Program-made: the position numbers and the translations under genes
Assembly (NCBI GenBank): GCA_963774265.1
Contig: CAVZDU010000010.1
Span: 224,001-288,000 of the forward strand
Origin: an uncultured Chloroflexia bacterium
Lineage (GTDB): Bacteria; Chloroflexota; Anaerolineae; CG2-30-64-16
Length of the DNA stretch: 64,000 bases
Direction: 5' to 3'
Notes under the pieces: model-generated
Databases searched by the model: none
The model's input: only the letters and a program-made list of their open reading frames with translations
Told to the model about the DNA's origin: nothing
Shown here: piece after piece, positions 1 to 9,580 of the stretch
Numbering within the stretch: position 1 is the first letter of the stretch
How the letters are laid out: every line of letters starts with the position of its first letter

Positions 1-2195
1 TGGCGGTCGGGCTTCAACACTACCACCGCCAATGGCGGCAGCGTCATCGTCACCGAGTACGGCTGCGACTGCCAGTTGGACTGCTCCGCTTCCAGTGCGC
101 CTGAGTTGCCGACGTTGCTGCCGAAGTAATACTCCGAGTCGCTGTTCAGGATCTCACGGTAGGTCGTCAGGCTGGGCACCCCCACGCGGTAGCCTTGTCG
201 CACGACCGGTGTGAAGTTGCAGACGACCACCAGGTGGTCTTCCGGGTCGACGGCGTGGCGAATGTACGACAGAGCGCTGTTCTCCCAGTCATTCGCATCG
301 ATCCACTCGAAGCCCTGCCAGTTGTAGTCCTGCTCATACAGGCTCGGCTCGCTGCGGTAAATCCGGTTCAGGTCCGCCACCCACCTCAGCAGCTTCGCGT
401 GGGGCTCGAACTCGGTCAGGTGCCAGTCAAGGCTGGCGTTTTCGTTCCATTCATTCCACTGGCCGAAGTCCTGCCCCATGAAGAGCAGTTTCTTCCCCGG
501 ATGCGTCCACATGAACCCATAGTAGAGCCGCAAGTTGGCGAACCGCTGCCAGAAGTCTCCCGGCATCTTGTCGGCCATCGAGTGTTTGAGATGGACGACT
601 TCGTCATGCGAGATGGGCAGGATGAAGTTCTCGCTGAACGCATACATCAGGCCGAAGGTCAGCTTGTTGTGATGGTACTTGCGATACACCGGATCCTTCT
701 GGATATAATCCAGCGTGTCGTGCATCCAGCCCATGTTCCACTTGAAATGGAATCCCAATCCACCGAGATAGACCGGCCGGCTCACCGCGGGGAAGGAGGT
801 GGACTCCTCAGCACAGGTCACGGCGCCCGGATGCTCGATCCCAATGCGCTCGTTCATTTGTTTGAGGAATGCCATCGCTTCCAGGTTTTCGCGGCCGCCA
901 TATTCGTTGGGCACCCACTCGGTGCGCGCATAATCGCGATAGAGCATTGAAGCGACCGCGTCGACGCGCAACCCGTCGATGTGGAACTTGTCGATCCAGA
1001 AGAGCGCGCTGTTGACCAGGAACTGCCGCACCTCATTGCGCTTGAAGTTGAAGATCTTGGTGCCCCATTCCAGGTGCTCGCCCTCCCGCCTGTCCGCATA
1101 TTCGTACAGCGCGGTGCCGTCGAACTCGATGAGGCCATAGTCGTTCTTCGGGAAGTGCGCGGGCACCCAATCCATGATCACGCCAATGCCGTTTTGGTGC
1201 ATCACGTCCACAAACGCCTGGAACTCATCTGGAGGTCCGAAGCGGCTGGTAGGCGCGAAGTAGCCGGTGACCTGATAACCCCACGAGGCATCCAGTGGGT
1301 GCTCGGTGACTGGCAGCAGTTCGATGTGGGTGTAACCCTGTTTCTTCACGAATTCCACCAGCCGCGCGGCCAGGTCGGGGTAAGTGAGATAGGTGTTTGA
1401 ATCAGGCACGCGCATCCAGGAGCCCAGGTGAACCTCATAGATGGACATGGGGGATCGTAGTAGGTCCTTGCGGGTGCGTTCGCTAATCCACTCAGCGTCG
1501 CCCCATTTGTGCTTCTCGATGTTCCAGACAATAGACCCGGTCTTCGGGCGCATCTCGGCCGCGAAGCCTTGTGGGTCAGTCTTCTGAAGGATCGCGTCCC
1601 CCTTGGTCTTGATCTCGTACTTGTAGTACGAGCCTTCCCCAAGCCCCGGGATGAACAGCTCCCAGATGCCCGAGCTGCCTCGCACGCGCATGGGGTGCCG
1701 GCGGCCGTCCCAGCCGTTGAAATCGCCAATCACGCTCACGCGCGCGGCATTCGGCGCCCAGACGGCAAAGCAAGTCCCCGGGACGTCCCCGAGGGTCATC
1801 ACCTGAGCACCCAGCTTCTCGTAGGTGCGGTAGTGGTTCCCTTCGTTGAACAACTGCAGGTCCAGGTCCCCAAGCACGGGAAGGAAGCTATAGGGGTCTC
1901 GAAACTGACGCATCTGGCCGTCTTTGTCCTCAGTGCGGATCTCATAAGAGAAGGTCGTTGAGACGCCGGGGAACTGCGCTTCAAAAAAGTCGGTGTTTTC
2001 CAGGCGTTCAAAGGGCGTCGGCGCTTCGCCTTCGCGCACCACCCAGGCGCGCTCGGCCATCGGCAAAAACGCCCGGACCGAGACCAGCGGCTTGCGCGCC
2101 AGCTTGACGACATGGGCGCCAAGCACTTCAAAGGGGTCGTGATGATACGCGTAGATAATTCGGTTAAGTTGATCCTGCGTAACAGTCGAGGGCAT
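1..2195 (-). CDS. glgB: 1,4-alpha-glucan branching enzyme (GH13); 3' end runs off the window
   Basis: ATG at 2195 after AAGGAG. Manual translation begins MPSTVTQDQLNRIIYAYHHDPFEVLGAH and contains FAVWAPNA, IYEVHLGSW, WGYQVTGY, RVDAVASM and LSHDEVV, ending ...TLPPLAVVVLKPDR at the window edge. Absent from the ORF track, probably because no stop lies in the window. Confidence 0.95.
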   Translation of the reverse strand, partial: MPSTVTQDQLNRIIYAYHHDPFEVLGAHVVKLARKPLVSVRAFLPMAERAWVVREGEAPTPFERLENTDFFEAQFPGVSTTFSYEIRTEDKDGQMRQFRDPYSFLPVLGDLDLQLFNEGNHYRTYEKLGAQVMTLGDVPGTCFAVWAPNAARVSVIGDFNGWDGRRHPMRVRGSSGIWELFIPGLGEGSYYKYEIKTKGDAILQKTDPQGFAAEMRPKTGSIVWNIEKHKWGDAEWISERTRKDLLRSPMSIYEVHLGSWMRVPDSNTYLTYPDLAARLVEFVKKQGYTHIELLPVTEHPLDASWGYQVTGYFAPTSRFGPPDEFQAFVDVMHQNGIGVIMDWVPAHFPKNDYGLIEFDGTALYEYADRREGEHLEWGTKIFNFKRNEVRQFLVNSALFWIDKFHIDGLRVDAVASMLYRDYARTEWVPNEYGGRENLEAMAFLKQMNERIGIEHPGAVTCAEESTSFPAVSRPVYLGGLGFHFKWNMGWMHDTLDYIQKDPVYRKYHHNKLTFGLMYAFSENFILPISHDEVVHLKHSMADKMPGDFWQRFANLRLYYGFMWTHPGKKLLFMGQDFGQWNEWNENASLDWHLTEFEPHAKLLRWVADLNRIYRSEPSLYEQDYNWQGFEWIDANDWENSALSYIRHAVDPEDHLVVVCNFTPVVRQGYRVGVPSLTTYREILNSDSEYYFGSNVGNSGALEAEQSNWQSQPYSVTMTLPPLAVVVLKPDR

Positions 2196-2334
2196 GGGGT
2201 GACTCCTTCAGTACGGAAAGCGATCTTCACATCTGCAGGGTGATTATAGCACAGGACCGTTTGCATTGGGAAGTCGCATGCGCGTCCTGGCACAAAGAGG
2301 CGAGACCCTACGTCATTTGTCCGATATCTGGCGC

Positions 2335-2362
2335 TTGACATGAGACGAAAGGCGTGTATAAT
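2335..2362 (+). promoter_or_regulatory. sigma70-type promoter upstream of the YitT gene
   Basis: TTGACA(2335-2340)-16 nt-TATAAT(2357-2362); both hexamers are perfect consensus. Confidence 0.7.
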
Positions 2363-2436
2363 CGAAACGGTGTTGACAATCTATCATAGATTTATCCCTC
2401 AACCCCTGGTCCGCCCCGTCACCTGGAGAGGTGAGC

Positions 2437-2470
2437 AACAGGCCCCCGGCCCCCAATCCGGGGGCCTGTT
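2437..2470 (+). promoter_or_regulatory. 13-bp GC-rich hairpin in the YitT leader
   Basis: AACAGGCCCCCGG-loop CCCCCAAT-CCGGGGGCCTGTT, perfect inverted repeat; no long U-tract follows. Confidence 0.5.
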
Positions 2471-2515
2471 CGCGCCTGTGGCTCGGCGGCCTTAGCCGGA
2501 TGCCTTTCCTGGACC

Positions 2516-3455
2516 GTGTCCGATGACCTTCACCTTACCCGAACCGCTCCGCCGCTTTCGCAAGCGCGTCCTGTTTCGCACCCGTTGGGCGTCGTGACCG
2601 GCCGCCTCTTCTTCGACATCGCGCTGATCCTCGTCGGCAGCGTGTGCATGGCGCTTTCGGTCGACATCTTCCTGGACCCCAATGACGTCGTCCCCGGCGG
2701 TTTCACCGCACTGGCCATGTTCGCCAATCGTCTCTGGGGCTGGCCGGTCGGCGCGACGCTGCTCGTGTTGAACATCCCCTTCCTGATCATCGGGATGCGG
2801 GTGCTGGGCATCCAATTCGGGCCAAAAACCATCGCGGCCGCCGCTATCTCCTCGCTGCTGATCGATCTGCTCAAGCCCTACCTGCCCACCGTCCAGGGCG
2901 AGCCGCTGCTCTACACCGCCTACGGCGGCCTGCTTTACGGGTTTGGCATGGCGCTCGTCTTCCGCGCGAACGCCACCACGGGCGGCACCGAGATTCCGGC
3001 GAAGCTGCTGGAGCATTTCCGTGGGATCCGTATGAGCCAGTCATTGCTGGCGATGGACATCGCGATCCTGTTTCCTGGCCGCCATCTTCTTCGGCCTCGC
3101 GCCGCGCTCTACGCGCTGATCGCCGCCTGGGTGATGGCGCGGGTGATCGACGCGGTCGAGGCTGGTTTCGAGTCGGGCAACACTGCGTTCATCGTCACCA
3201 ACGCGCCCGAGGCAGTACGCGACCGCATCATGGCTGACCTGGATCGGGGGGTCACCATGCTGCGCGGCGGAGGGCGGCTATACCGGCGCTGAGCGGGTCC
3301 TCCTCTTCACCGCCATCAACCGCCGCCAGATTCCCGCGCTGCGGGAAATCGTCCGCGGTGCGGATCCCGATGCCTTCGTCGTCCTCAGCCCCAGCCATGA
3401 GGTCCTCGGCGAGGGCTTCAAACCCCTGACCCGTGCATCCAAAGCCAACCGGTAG
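2516..3455 (+). CDS. YitT/DUF2179-family membrane protein (frameshifted in this assembly)
   Basis: Motifs PGGFTALA, LNIPFL, NATTGGTEI and DRGVT. After a shift near 3270 the frame continues GYTG...DPDAFVV...EVLGEGFKP to TAG at 3455. A compensating indel pair is likely near 3070-3100. Confidence 0.85.
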
Positions 3456-3478
3456 GCGCAAGAAACGCCTTGCCTTAG

Positions 3479-3507
3479 TTGACATTCGCGCCCCTTCATG
3501 CTATACT
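3479..3507 (+). promoter_or_regulatory. pan operon promoter
   Basis: TTGACA-17 nt-TATACT with a TGn extended -10. Confidence 0.75.
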
Positions 3508-3514
3508 CCATCTC

Positions 3515-3673
3515 AGCAGCCGACCCGTATGGGCGGCCAGCATTATCTGACCTGGTGAGCATTTCATAAAGTCGCTTGGATCGCATGTGCGACCGAGACG
3601 GCAGGCATGAAGGCGGGCGCGATCCCTCCTGACGGTACTTCTGCCCCTCGGCGCAAGCCAGGGGCTTTTATTT
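3515..3673 (+). ncRNA. structured cis-regulatory leader of the pan operon (candidate pan RNA motif) ending in an intrinsic terminator
   Basis: About 185-nt 5'UTR with several stems (GCCG-A-CCC/GGG-CGGC, GTCGC/GCGAC, CAGG/CCTG) and a terminator just before the panB RBS. The pan RNA motif is described upstream of pan genes in Chloroflexota; I have not verified a covariance-model match. Confidence 0.55.
3643..3673 (+). terminator. intrinsic terminator (attenuator) upstream of panB
   Basis: GCCCCT(C)GGC-GCAA-GCCAGGGGC followed by TTTTATTT. Confidence 0.75.
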
Positions 3674-3698
3674 GTTTGAGACAGGGGGAGGGCGACAC

Positions 3699-4598
3699 AT
3701 GACGCGCAAAAAGATGTCGATTCTGGCTCTGCAAGACAAGAAGACGCGCGGCGAGCCGATCACGATGGTCACCGCCTACGACTACCCGTCCGCGCTGGCC
3801 GCGGACCGTGCGGGGCTGGACACGCTCCTCGTCGGCGATTCCCTGGGCATGGTGGTGCTCGGCTACGAGTCTACCGTGCCGGTCACCGATGGAGGAGATG
3901 CTCCATCACTGTAAGGCCGTGCGCCGGGGCGCTCAATTCGCCTACCTCATCGGCGACATGCCCTTCATGTCCTATCAGTCGGACACGGGAGAGGCAATCC
4001 GCAACGCCGGACGCTTCCTCAAGGAGGCCGGGATGGACGCCGTCAAGCTCGAAGGTGGACGCGAGATGGCCCACACGATCCGTGCGATCACCAACGCCGG
4101 CATAACCGTGATTGCGCATATCGGCCTGACGCCACAGTCAGCCGCCAAGTTGGGCGGCTATCGGGTGCAGGGCAAGACCGCCCATGACGCGCAGCGCCTG
4201 CTCGATGATGCGCTTGCGGTCCAGGAAGCCGGCGCTGCGATGATTGTCCTCGAGATGGTCCCGGATCGCGTCGCCGAGCGCGGATCTCCAGGGAGCTGCG
4301 GATTCCGACCATCGGCATCGGCGCGGGAGTGGAATGCGACGGTCAGGTGCTGGTGTTGCACGATATGCTCGGGATATTCGATCGCTTCACGCCCAAATTC
4401 GCCAAGCGGTATGCCGAACTGTTCGCGGAGATGGAGCGTGCGCTTTCAGCATACCGGGAGGAGGTCACTGCTCGACAGTTCCCCGCGAGCGAACAATCTT
4501 TCCCGATCGAGGACGCCGAATGGCGCGCCTGGGTGGGCGACTCATCTGGCGCCACTGCCGTTGAGCCGGACTGGCACGGCCAGTTGGTCGGGCGTTGA
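3699..4598 (+). CDS. panB: 3-methyl-2-oxobutanoate hydroxymethyltransferase (frameshifted)
   Basis: [39 protein letters not shown] and [13 protein letters not shown] are spread over three ORFs, with shifts near 3888 and 4280. Confidence 0.93.
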
Positions 4599-4605
4599 GG
4601 CAGAC

Positions 4606-5507
4606 ATGCGCATAGCGGTGCTCGGGACCGGCGCCTTGGGGTGCATCTACGCCGCCCGCCTGGCTGCCCACGCTGACGTGTGCATGCTTGGCTCATGGGC
4701 GGATGGCGTTTCGGCTATCCGCGCCGGCGGCATCAATGTGCGTCGAACCGGATGGCCGGCTGTGGCGTGCGCAGGTGCCCGTTTACACGGACCCCGGGGA
4801 AGTCGCCGATGCCGATGTGGCGCTAGTGCTCGTCAAAAGCTATCAGACCCTGCGCGGCGGCAGAGTGGGCCGGCGACCTGCTCGCTGCGGGCGGTTTGGC
4901 CGTGACGCTGCAGAATGGGCTGGACAACTATGCCGCGCTCACCGAAGCGCTCGGTGCGGATCGGGCAGGGGTCGGAATAACCTACAACGGCGCGACTATG
5001 TTGTCGCCGGGCGAGGTACACCACGTCGCGCATAACCTCACGTACCTGGGAACCACGCCGATCAATGCGGAACGGATCGCCGCCTTGGCCCTGCTTCTGG
5101 ACCGCGCCGGACTGGAGACGCAGGTGTGTGAGGACATCGACGCTCGTTTGTGGGGGAAGGCGGTGGCAAACGCAGCCATCAACCCCCTGACCGCGCTGTG
5201 GAGGGTGACCAACGGGGCATTGCTGCAGTCCGTGGATCGCCGCTGGCTGCTGACACGGCTGGCGGAGGAGGCTGCCAATGTCGCACGGGCCAGGAGCATC
5301 TTGCTCCCGTTCGAGGATCCGGTGGCCTTTGTAGAATCGGTGTGCCGCACGACGGCGGCCAACCGTTCCTCCATGCTGCAAGATGTGGAGCGCGGCCGCC
5401 CGACCGAGATCGACAGCATCAACGGCATCATCGTAGCCGAAGGTCAAGCCTTGGGCGTTCATGTGGGTATTAACGAAGTCGTGTGGCGGCTCGTCCGCGC
5501 CCTATAA
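4606..5507 (+). CDS. panE: 2-dehydropantoate 2-reductase (frameshifted)
   Basis: MRIAVLGTGALG, VLVKSYQT, TLQNGL, WGKAVANAAINPLTAL and SSMLQD...RPTEIDSING; shifts near 4740 and 4860. Confidence 0.9.
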
Positions 5508-5525
5508 TTCAGTCGAGGGAATCCT

Positions 5526-6359
5526 ATGCAAGTCGTCGGTACGATCAGCGAAGTCAGACGCATCCGAAAATCGGCGTCCGGTACCTGGGGTCTCGTTCCC
5601 ACCATGGGCTTTCTGCACGAGGGTCATCTTGCCCTGGTGCAGCGCGCCCGCCTTGAAAACGATCATGTAGCAGTCTCCATCTTCGTGAACCCGACCCAGT
5701 TCGGACCCACGGAAGATCTGTCCGCCTATCCGCGCGACCTTCAGGCTGACTTGCGGCTGCTGGCTGACTTGGGGGTGGACCTGGTGTGGACGCCTCCTGT
5801 CGACGAGGTATACGGACCCGGCTACCAGACCTACGTAACCGTGGAGGAGGTCACCAGGGTACTCGAAGGCGCCACGCGACCCACGCATTTCCGCGGGGTT
5901 GCCACGATCGTCGCCAAGCTATTCAATGTCTTTCAACCTGATCGTGCCTATTTCGGCCAGAAGGACGCGCAACAGGCTGTCGTCATTCAGCAGATGGTGC
6001 GCGATTTGGCCTTCCCGCTCGAGATCGTCGTCTGTCCCATCGTGCGTGAGCGGGATGGCCTCGCCAAGTCCTCGCGCAACATCTACCTCACCCCTGAGCA
6101 GCGAGCGGCCGCGCCGGTTCTCAATCGCGCACTGACCGCCGCGCGCCAGGCATGGCTGGCAGGGGAGCGTGACGGCGAGCGCCTGCGTCAGGTCATGGCT
6201 GACGTGCTTGCGGCGGAGCCGCTGGCGCAGGTGGACTACGTCAGCGCGGCCGACCCCGTCACTCTCGCCGAACTAGGCCAGGCGACGAATGGGGTGCTGC
6301 TTTCGATGGCCGTGCGCGTCGGTCGAGCCCGCCTGATTGACAATCTTTTGCTGTTGTAG
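5526..6359 (+). CDS. panC: pantoate--beta-alanine ligase
   Basis: VPTMGFLHEGH, SIFVNPTQF, RPTHFRGV, FGQKDAQQ, SSRN, RLIDN. Confidence 0.97.
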   Translation: MQVVGTISEVRRIRKSASGTWGLVPTMGFLHEGHLALVQRARLENDHVAVSIFVNPTQFGPTEDLSAYPRDLQADLRLLADLGVDLVWTPPVDEVYGPGYQTYVTVEEVTRVLEGATRPTHFRGVATIVAKLFNVFQPDRAYFGQKDAQQAVVIQQMVRDLAFPLEIVVCPIVRERDGLAKSSRNIYLTPEQRAAAPVLNRALTAARQAWLAGERDGERLRQVMADVLAAEPLAQVDYVSAADPVTLAELGQATNGVLLSMAVRVGRARLIDNLLLL

Positions 6360-6394
6360 AGACGTTGCATGCAATGTCTCCACTTGGAGGCTGA

Positions 6395-6781
6395 ATGATT
6401 CGGACATTTATGTTTGCGAAGATACACCGCGCCACTGTCACGGCGTCCAACGTCCATTACGTCGGGTCGATCACCATTGACTGTGAGCTCCTCAGGGCGA
6501 CGGGGATCAGGCCCTACGAGCGCGTACAAGTCGTGGACGTGGACAACGGCGCCCGGTTGGAAACCTACGTCATCGCCGGACCGCCAGGCAGCGGTGCCAT
6601 CGAGCTGAACGGCGCTGCCGCACGGTTGGTGAGCGTCGGCGATAAGGTCATCATCATGGCCTATGGGATGTTTGCGGAACCACTGCCCGACGACTGGGCG
6701 CCGATCGTGCTGATCATGGGCGAGGGCAACAGTGTCATTGAAACCCGGCGCGTCGAAGCACCGAGTGACATGTGCTGCTGA
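6395..6781 (+). CDS. panD: aspartate 1-decarboxylase
   Basis: [16 protein letters not shown] (Gly-Ser self-cleavage site), [15 protein letters not shown]. Confidence 0.97.
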   Translation: MIRTFMFAKIHRATVTASNVHYVGSITIDCELLRATGIRPYERVQVVDVDNGARLETYVIAGPPGSGAIELNGAAARLVSVGDKVIIMAYGMFAEPLPDDWAPIVLIMGEGNSVIETRRVEAPSDMCC

Positions 6782-6795
6782 AAGGAAGGCCGAGT

Positions 6796-7564
6796 ATGTT
6801 CCTCGCAATCGACATCGGGAACACCAACATCACGCTGGGCGTGTACGAGGCGGAGCACCTCCGCGCGACGTGGCGGCTTGCGACCGTACACGATCGGATG
6901 GCAGATGAGTACGGTATCGCACTGTTGCAGCTTATGGCGCACCGGGGCATCCATCCGGAACAAATCACCGGTGCAGCCATTGCCAGCGTGGTGCCCACAC
7001 TCACGGGCACGTTTCGCCGCGTCTGCGCCGAATATATCAGTCACGGATCCCCTGGTGGTCGACACAGGCGTAAAGACCGGAGTCCGTATCCGCTACGAGA
7101 ACCCGCGTGAGGTCGGTGCAGACCGTGTGGCGGACTGTGCCGCTGTTCAGGCGAAGTACGGCGGCCCCGCGTGCGTGGTCGATTTTGGCACAGCAACGAC
7201 TTTCGATGCCATCTCGCGCGAAGGCGAATACCTGGGCGGCGCCATCGCGCCCGGCATTGGGATCGCAGCCGAGGCGTTGTTTGCGCGCGCGTCCAACTTG
7301 TACCGGGTGGAAATCGCTGCACCGCCGCGCGCCATCGGCTCAAACACCGTGGCCGCCATGCAGGCGGGTATCTTCTTCGGCTATGTGGGCCTTGTGGAAG
7401 GGCTGGTTGCCCGCTTTTACAAGGAGCTGGGCGACGACATGAAGGTCATCGCCACGGGCGGATTGGCCGAAGTGGTCGCAAAAGAAACGCAGGTCATCCA
7501 ACACGTCGACCCGTGGCTGACGCTGGATGGCCTGCGCCTTATCTATGAGATGAACCGGAAGTAA
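6796..7564 (+). CDS. coaX: type III pantothenate kinase (frameshifted near 7040)
   Basis: [43 protein letters not shown]. Confidence 0.93.
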
Positions 7565-7584
7565 CTTCCTGGCCGCAGCGGCCT

Positions 7585-9363
7585 TTACCGCGCCCGCAGC
7601 AGCGCCGGCAGGAAGTAGTCGTTCACAACCACATCCCAGCTCATCCCCATCGCCACCCGCTGCCCCTCCTGGAGCAGCCGGCGCCGGTCCTCATCGTTCT
7701 GCGGGAGTCGCTCGACGATGTGCTGGGCGACCTCCCAGCTTTGTCGCGCTTCGATCCCGTCGCGCACGGCTTGGTCGATGCGCAGAGCATCCCAGGCGCT
7801 CCACATCGGCCATTCAGGCGGAATGAACACATAATCGCCAACAATGACATTCTGAGGTAGCAGGCCGTCGTTCGCGCGATTCACAAAGCCCAGGCACCCG
7901 CAAATGCTCGAGGGGACGCATAGCGCGCCTGAGCTCAGTGGCTCGACCTGGGCGATGCCGAACGGCTCGTAGATCGACTGGCCGAACTCGAGATCGGTGC
8001 CCGTGCGCAAGTCCGCAAAGCGCATCGCCTCGGGCATCCTGTTGCCACAGCGCGCCCGTTCCCATCCGAACTGATTGACCAGGCAGATCTTGAGCGCCTG
8101 GCGTCCCCAGTGGAACGGCTCCAGCACATGGTGGAAGAAGTGCACTTCATCCTGGAGCAGGTCGCCATTGTCAGATCGATGCGCTACTGGCCAACCGTAC
8201 TCGGCCTCCCAGTGGAACACATCCTCCACGCGGCGGCCGGTCGGAGAGGCCGTGGACACGATGAACAAGACCGCCCTTTTCCCCTGGCTTGCGAGCGTCC
8301 ACTCCAGATGCTCGAGCACCTTGATATCGCGCCAGAGCGCCTTGGATGTCACCATGCGGGTTACATGTGAGAAGACATAATCAGGGCGATAGCCGTAGAG
8401 GTTCTGCGCATACTCGAGCAGCAGCTCGCGGCTTGCCAGCTTCTGTTCGAGCGAGGTCGACGCGGCCGGGACGCCGTTGAATACCAGGTCGATAGGAGCC
8501 GTGGAGAAGACTCCGCCAAGAAAACGCAGTTCTTCAACCGTTGGGTCGCCGACAGCGAAGATGCGATCGCAAACCCCGGCGCGCAGAAGCATGGCGTGCT
8601 TGTAGAACCACGAATGGTCGCCGAAGGTCTGGTCGAGGTGGGTCCCTTGCAGCCGGCCAAGGCGCAATGCGTTGTAGAAACGGGTGTCGTGGCCTTCGTT
8701 TTCCTCGACGAGCAATCGGGCAGTCGCGACTTCGTGCGCATAGAATATTGTACGGTAGGCGGAATCATCGCGCAGCTTCGCGCTGAAAACGACGGGCAAC
8801 CCCATCCACTCGTGCGCGATGAGGTAGCGAGTCACGCCCGGCGCCATGTCTTCAGTGATGGCCTGCAGCCCCGCGAAGAGCGGCTCACCCGCATTGAGGA
8901 AGAAGCTGAATTCCCAATTGTCTTGAAACTGACTGCAAGGGAGTCCCCAGCGCTGCCAGAGATAGAACTTGAAGCTGTTGATGACATTCCCATCAATGCC
9001 CCCGGCATCGACCAGCAGGATCTCCTGGTCCCGCCCGCCGATTGTGCGCGTGCCGTAGAGGAACTTGACGTTCATCGATCTTTCGATCGCCTGCAGGGCC
9101 GACACCACCGATTCCGGCCCTTCGTTCCATTCATAACCGTAGAGTGAGGAGTAACGAACGCGCAGCATGTTTTCCGACGCGAAGAGGCGTTCCATCTGCA
9201 CTGTGTCGAACGGATTGATCGGACCGATGAGGATTGAGCGGGTGACCGATGCGTTGTATTCAGGAGAATTCAGGAAGCCATCGAGCACGGCCCCAATGCC
9301 GCCGAGCTTAACGCCGGCTTCGTGGGTGATGTGGACGACGAGCGGAATAGTCTGTTGTAACAT
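7585..9363 (-). CDS. GT-B glycosyltransferase, glycogen-synthase-like
   Basis: Start MLQQTIP at 9363. HEAGVKLGGIG is a KxGG loop; also AHEWMG, VFNGV and SIYEPFGIAQVE (E-x7-E). Confidence 0.7.
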   Translation of the reverse strand: MLQQTIPLVVHITHEAGVKLGGIGAVLDGFLNSPEYNASVTRSILIGPINPFDTVQMERLFASENMLRVRYSSLYGYEWNEGPESVVSALQAIERSMNVKFLYGTRTIGGRDQEILLVDAGGIDGNVINSFKFYLWQRWGLPCSQFQDNWEFSFFLNAGEPLFAGLQAITEDMAPGVTRYLIAHEWMGLPVVFSAKLRDDSAYRTIFYAHEVATARLLVEENEGHDTRFYNALRLGRLQGTHLDQTFGDHSWFYKHAMLLRAGVCDRIFAVGDPTVEELRFLGGVFSTAPIDLVFNGVPAASTSLEQKLASRELLLEYAQNLYGYRPDYVFSHVTRMVTSKALWRDIKVLEHLEWTLASQGKRAVLFIVSTASPTGRRVEDVFHWEAEYGWPVAHRSDNGDLLQDEVHFFHHVLEPFHWGRQALKICLVNQFGWERARCGNRMPEAMRFADLRTGTDLEFGQSIYEPFGIAQVEPLSSGALCVPSSICGCLGFVNRANDGLLPQNVIVGDYVFIPPEWPMWSAWDALRIDQAVRDGIEARQSWEVAQHIVERLPQNDEDRRRLLQEGQRVAMGMSWDVVVNDYFLPALLRAR

Positions 9364-9475
9364 AATGTGCTCCGAGTTGAGCGAGATAGTGGGCACAGCG
9401 GAATATGATATCACCGGACTGCACCAACACCAATTAGCTCGCCGCTCCTCCCTTACTGCTCTGCACATCAGAGCT

Positions 9476-9504
9476 TTGACGCGATTCTGTGCATCTGCTA
9501 TACT
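9476..9504 (+). promoter_or_regulatory. promoter of the ABC importer operon
   Basis: TTGACG-17 nt-TATACT with TGn. Confidence 0.65.
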
Positions 9505-9580
9505 CTCAATCAGCCCCCTACGCTTCGTTGGGCACATAAGCGGCTTGCAGATGTTGACATCGTCGACCTGAGTGAGATCA

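Noticed and set aside
195-1961. Long + strand ORFs (251, 139 and 150 aa) over the glgB region
   Set aside because: Antisense shadows of glgB in GC-rich DNA. The same applies to other antisense ORFs such as 39641-40780 and 27492-28256.
2400-2470. Guanidine-I (ykkC-yxkD) riboswitch before the YitT gene
   Set aside because: Only CTGGTCCG resembles it. The CTAGGGTTCC 5' part and the AAAAGCCCGGGAG 3' tail are absent.
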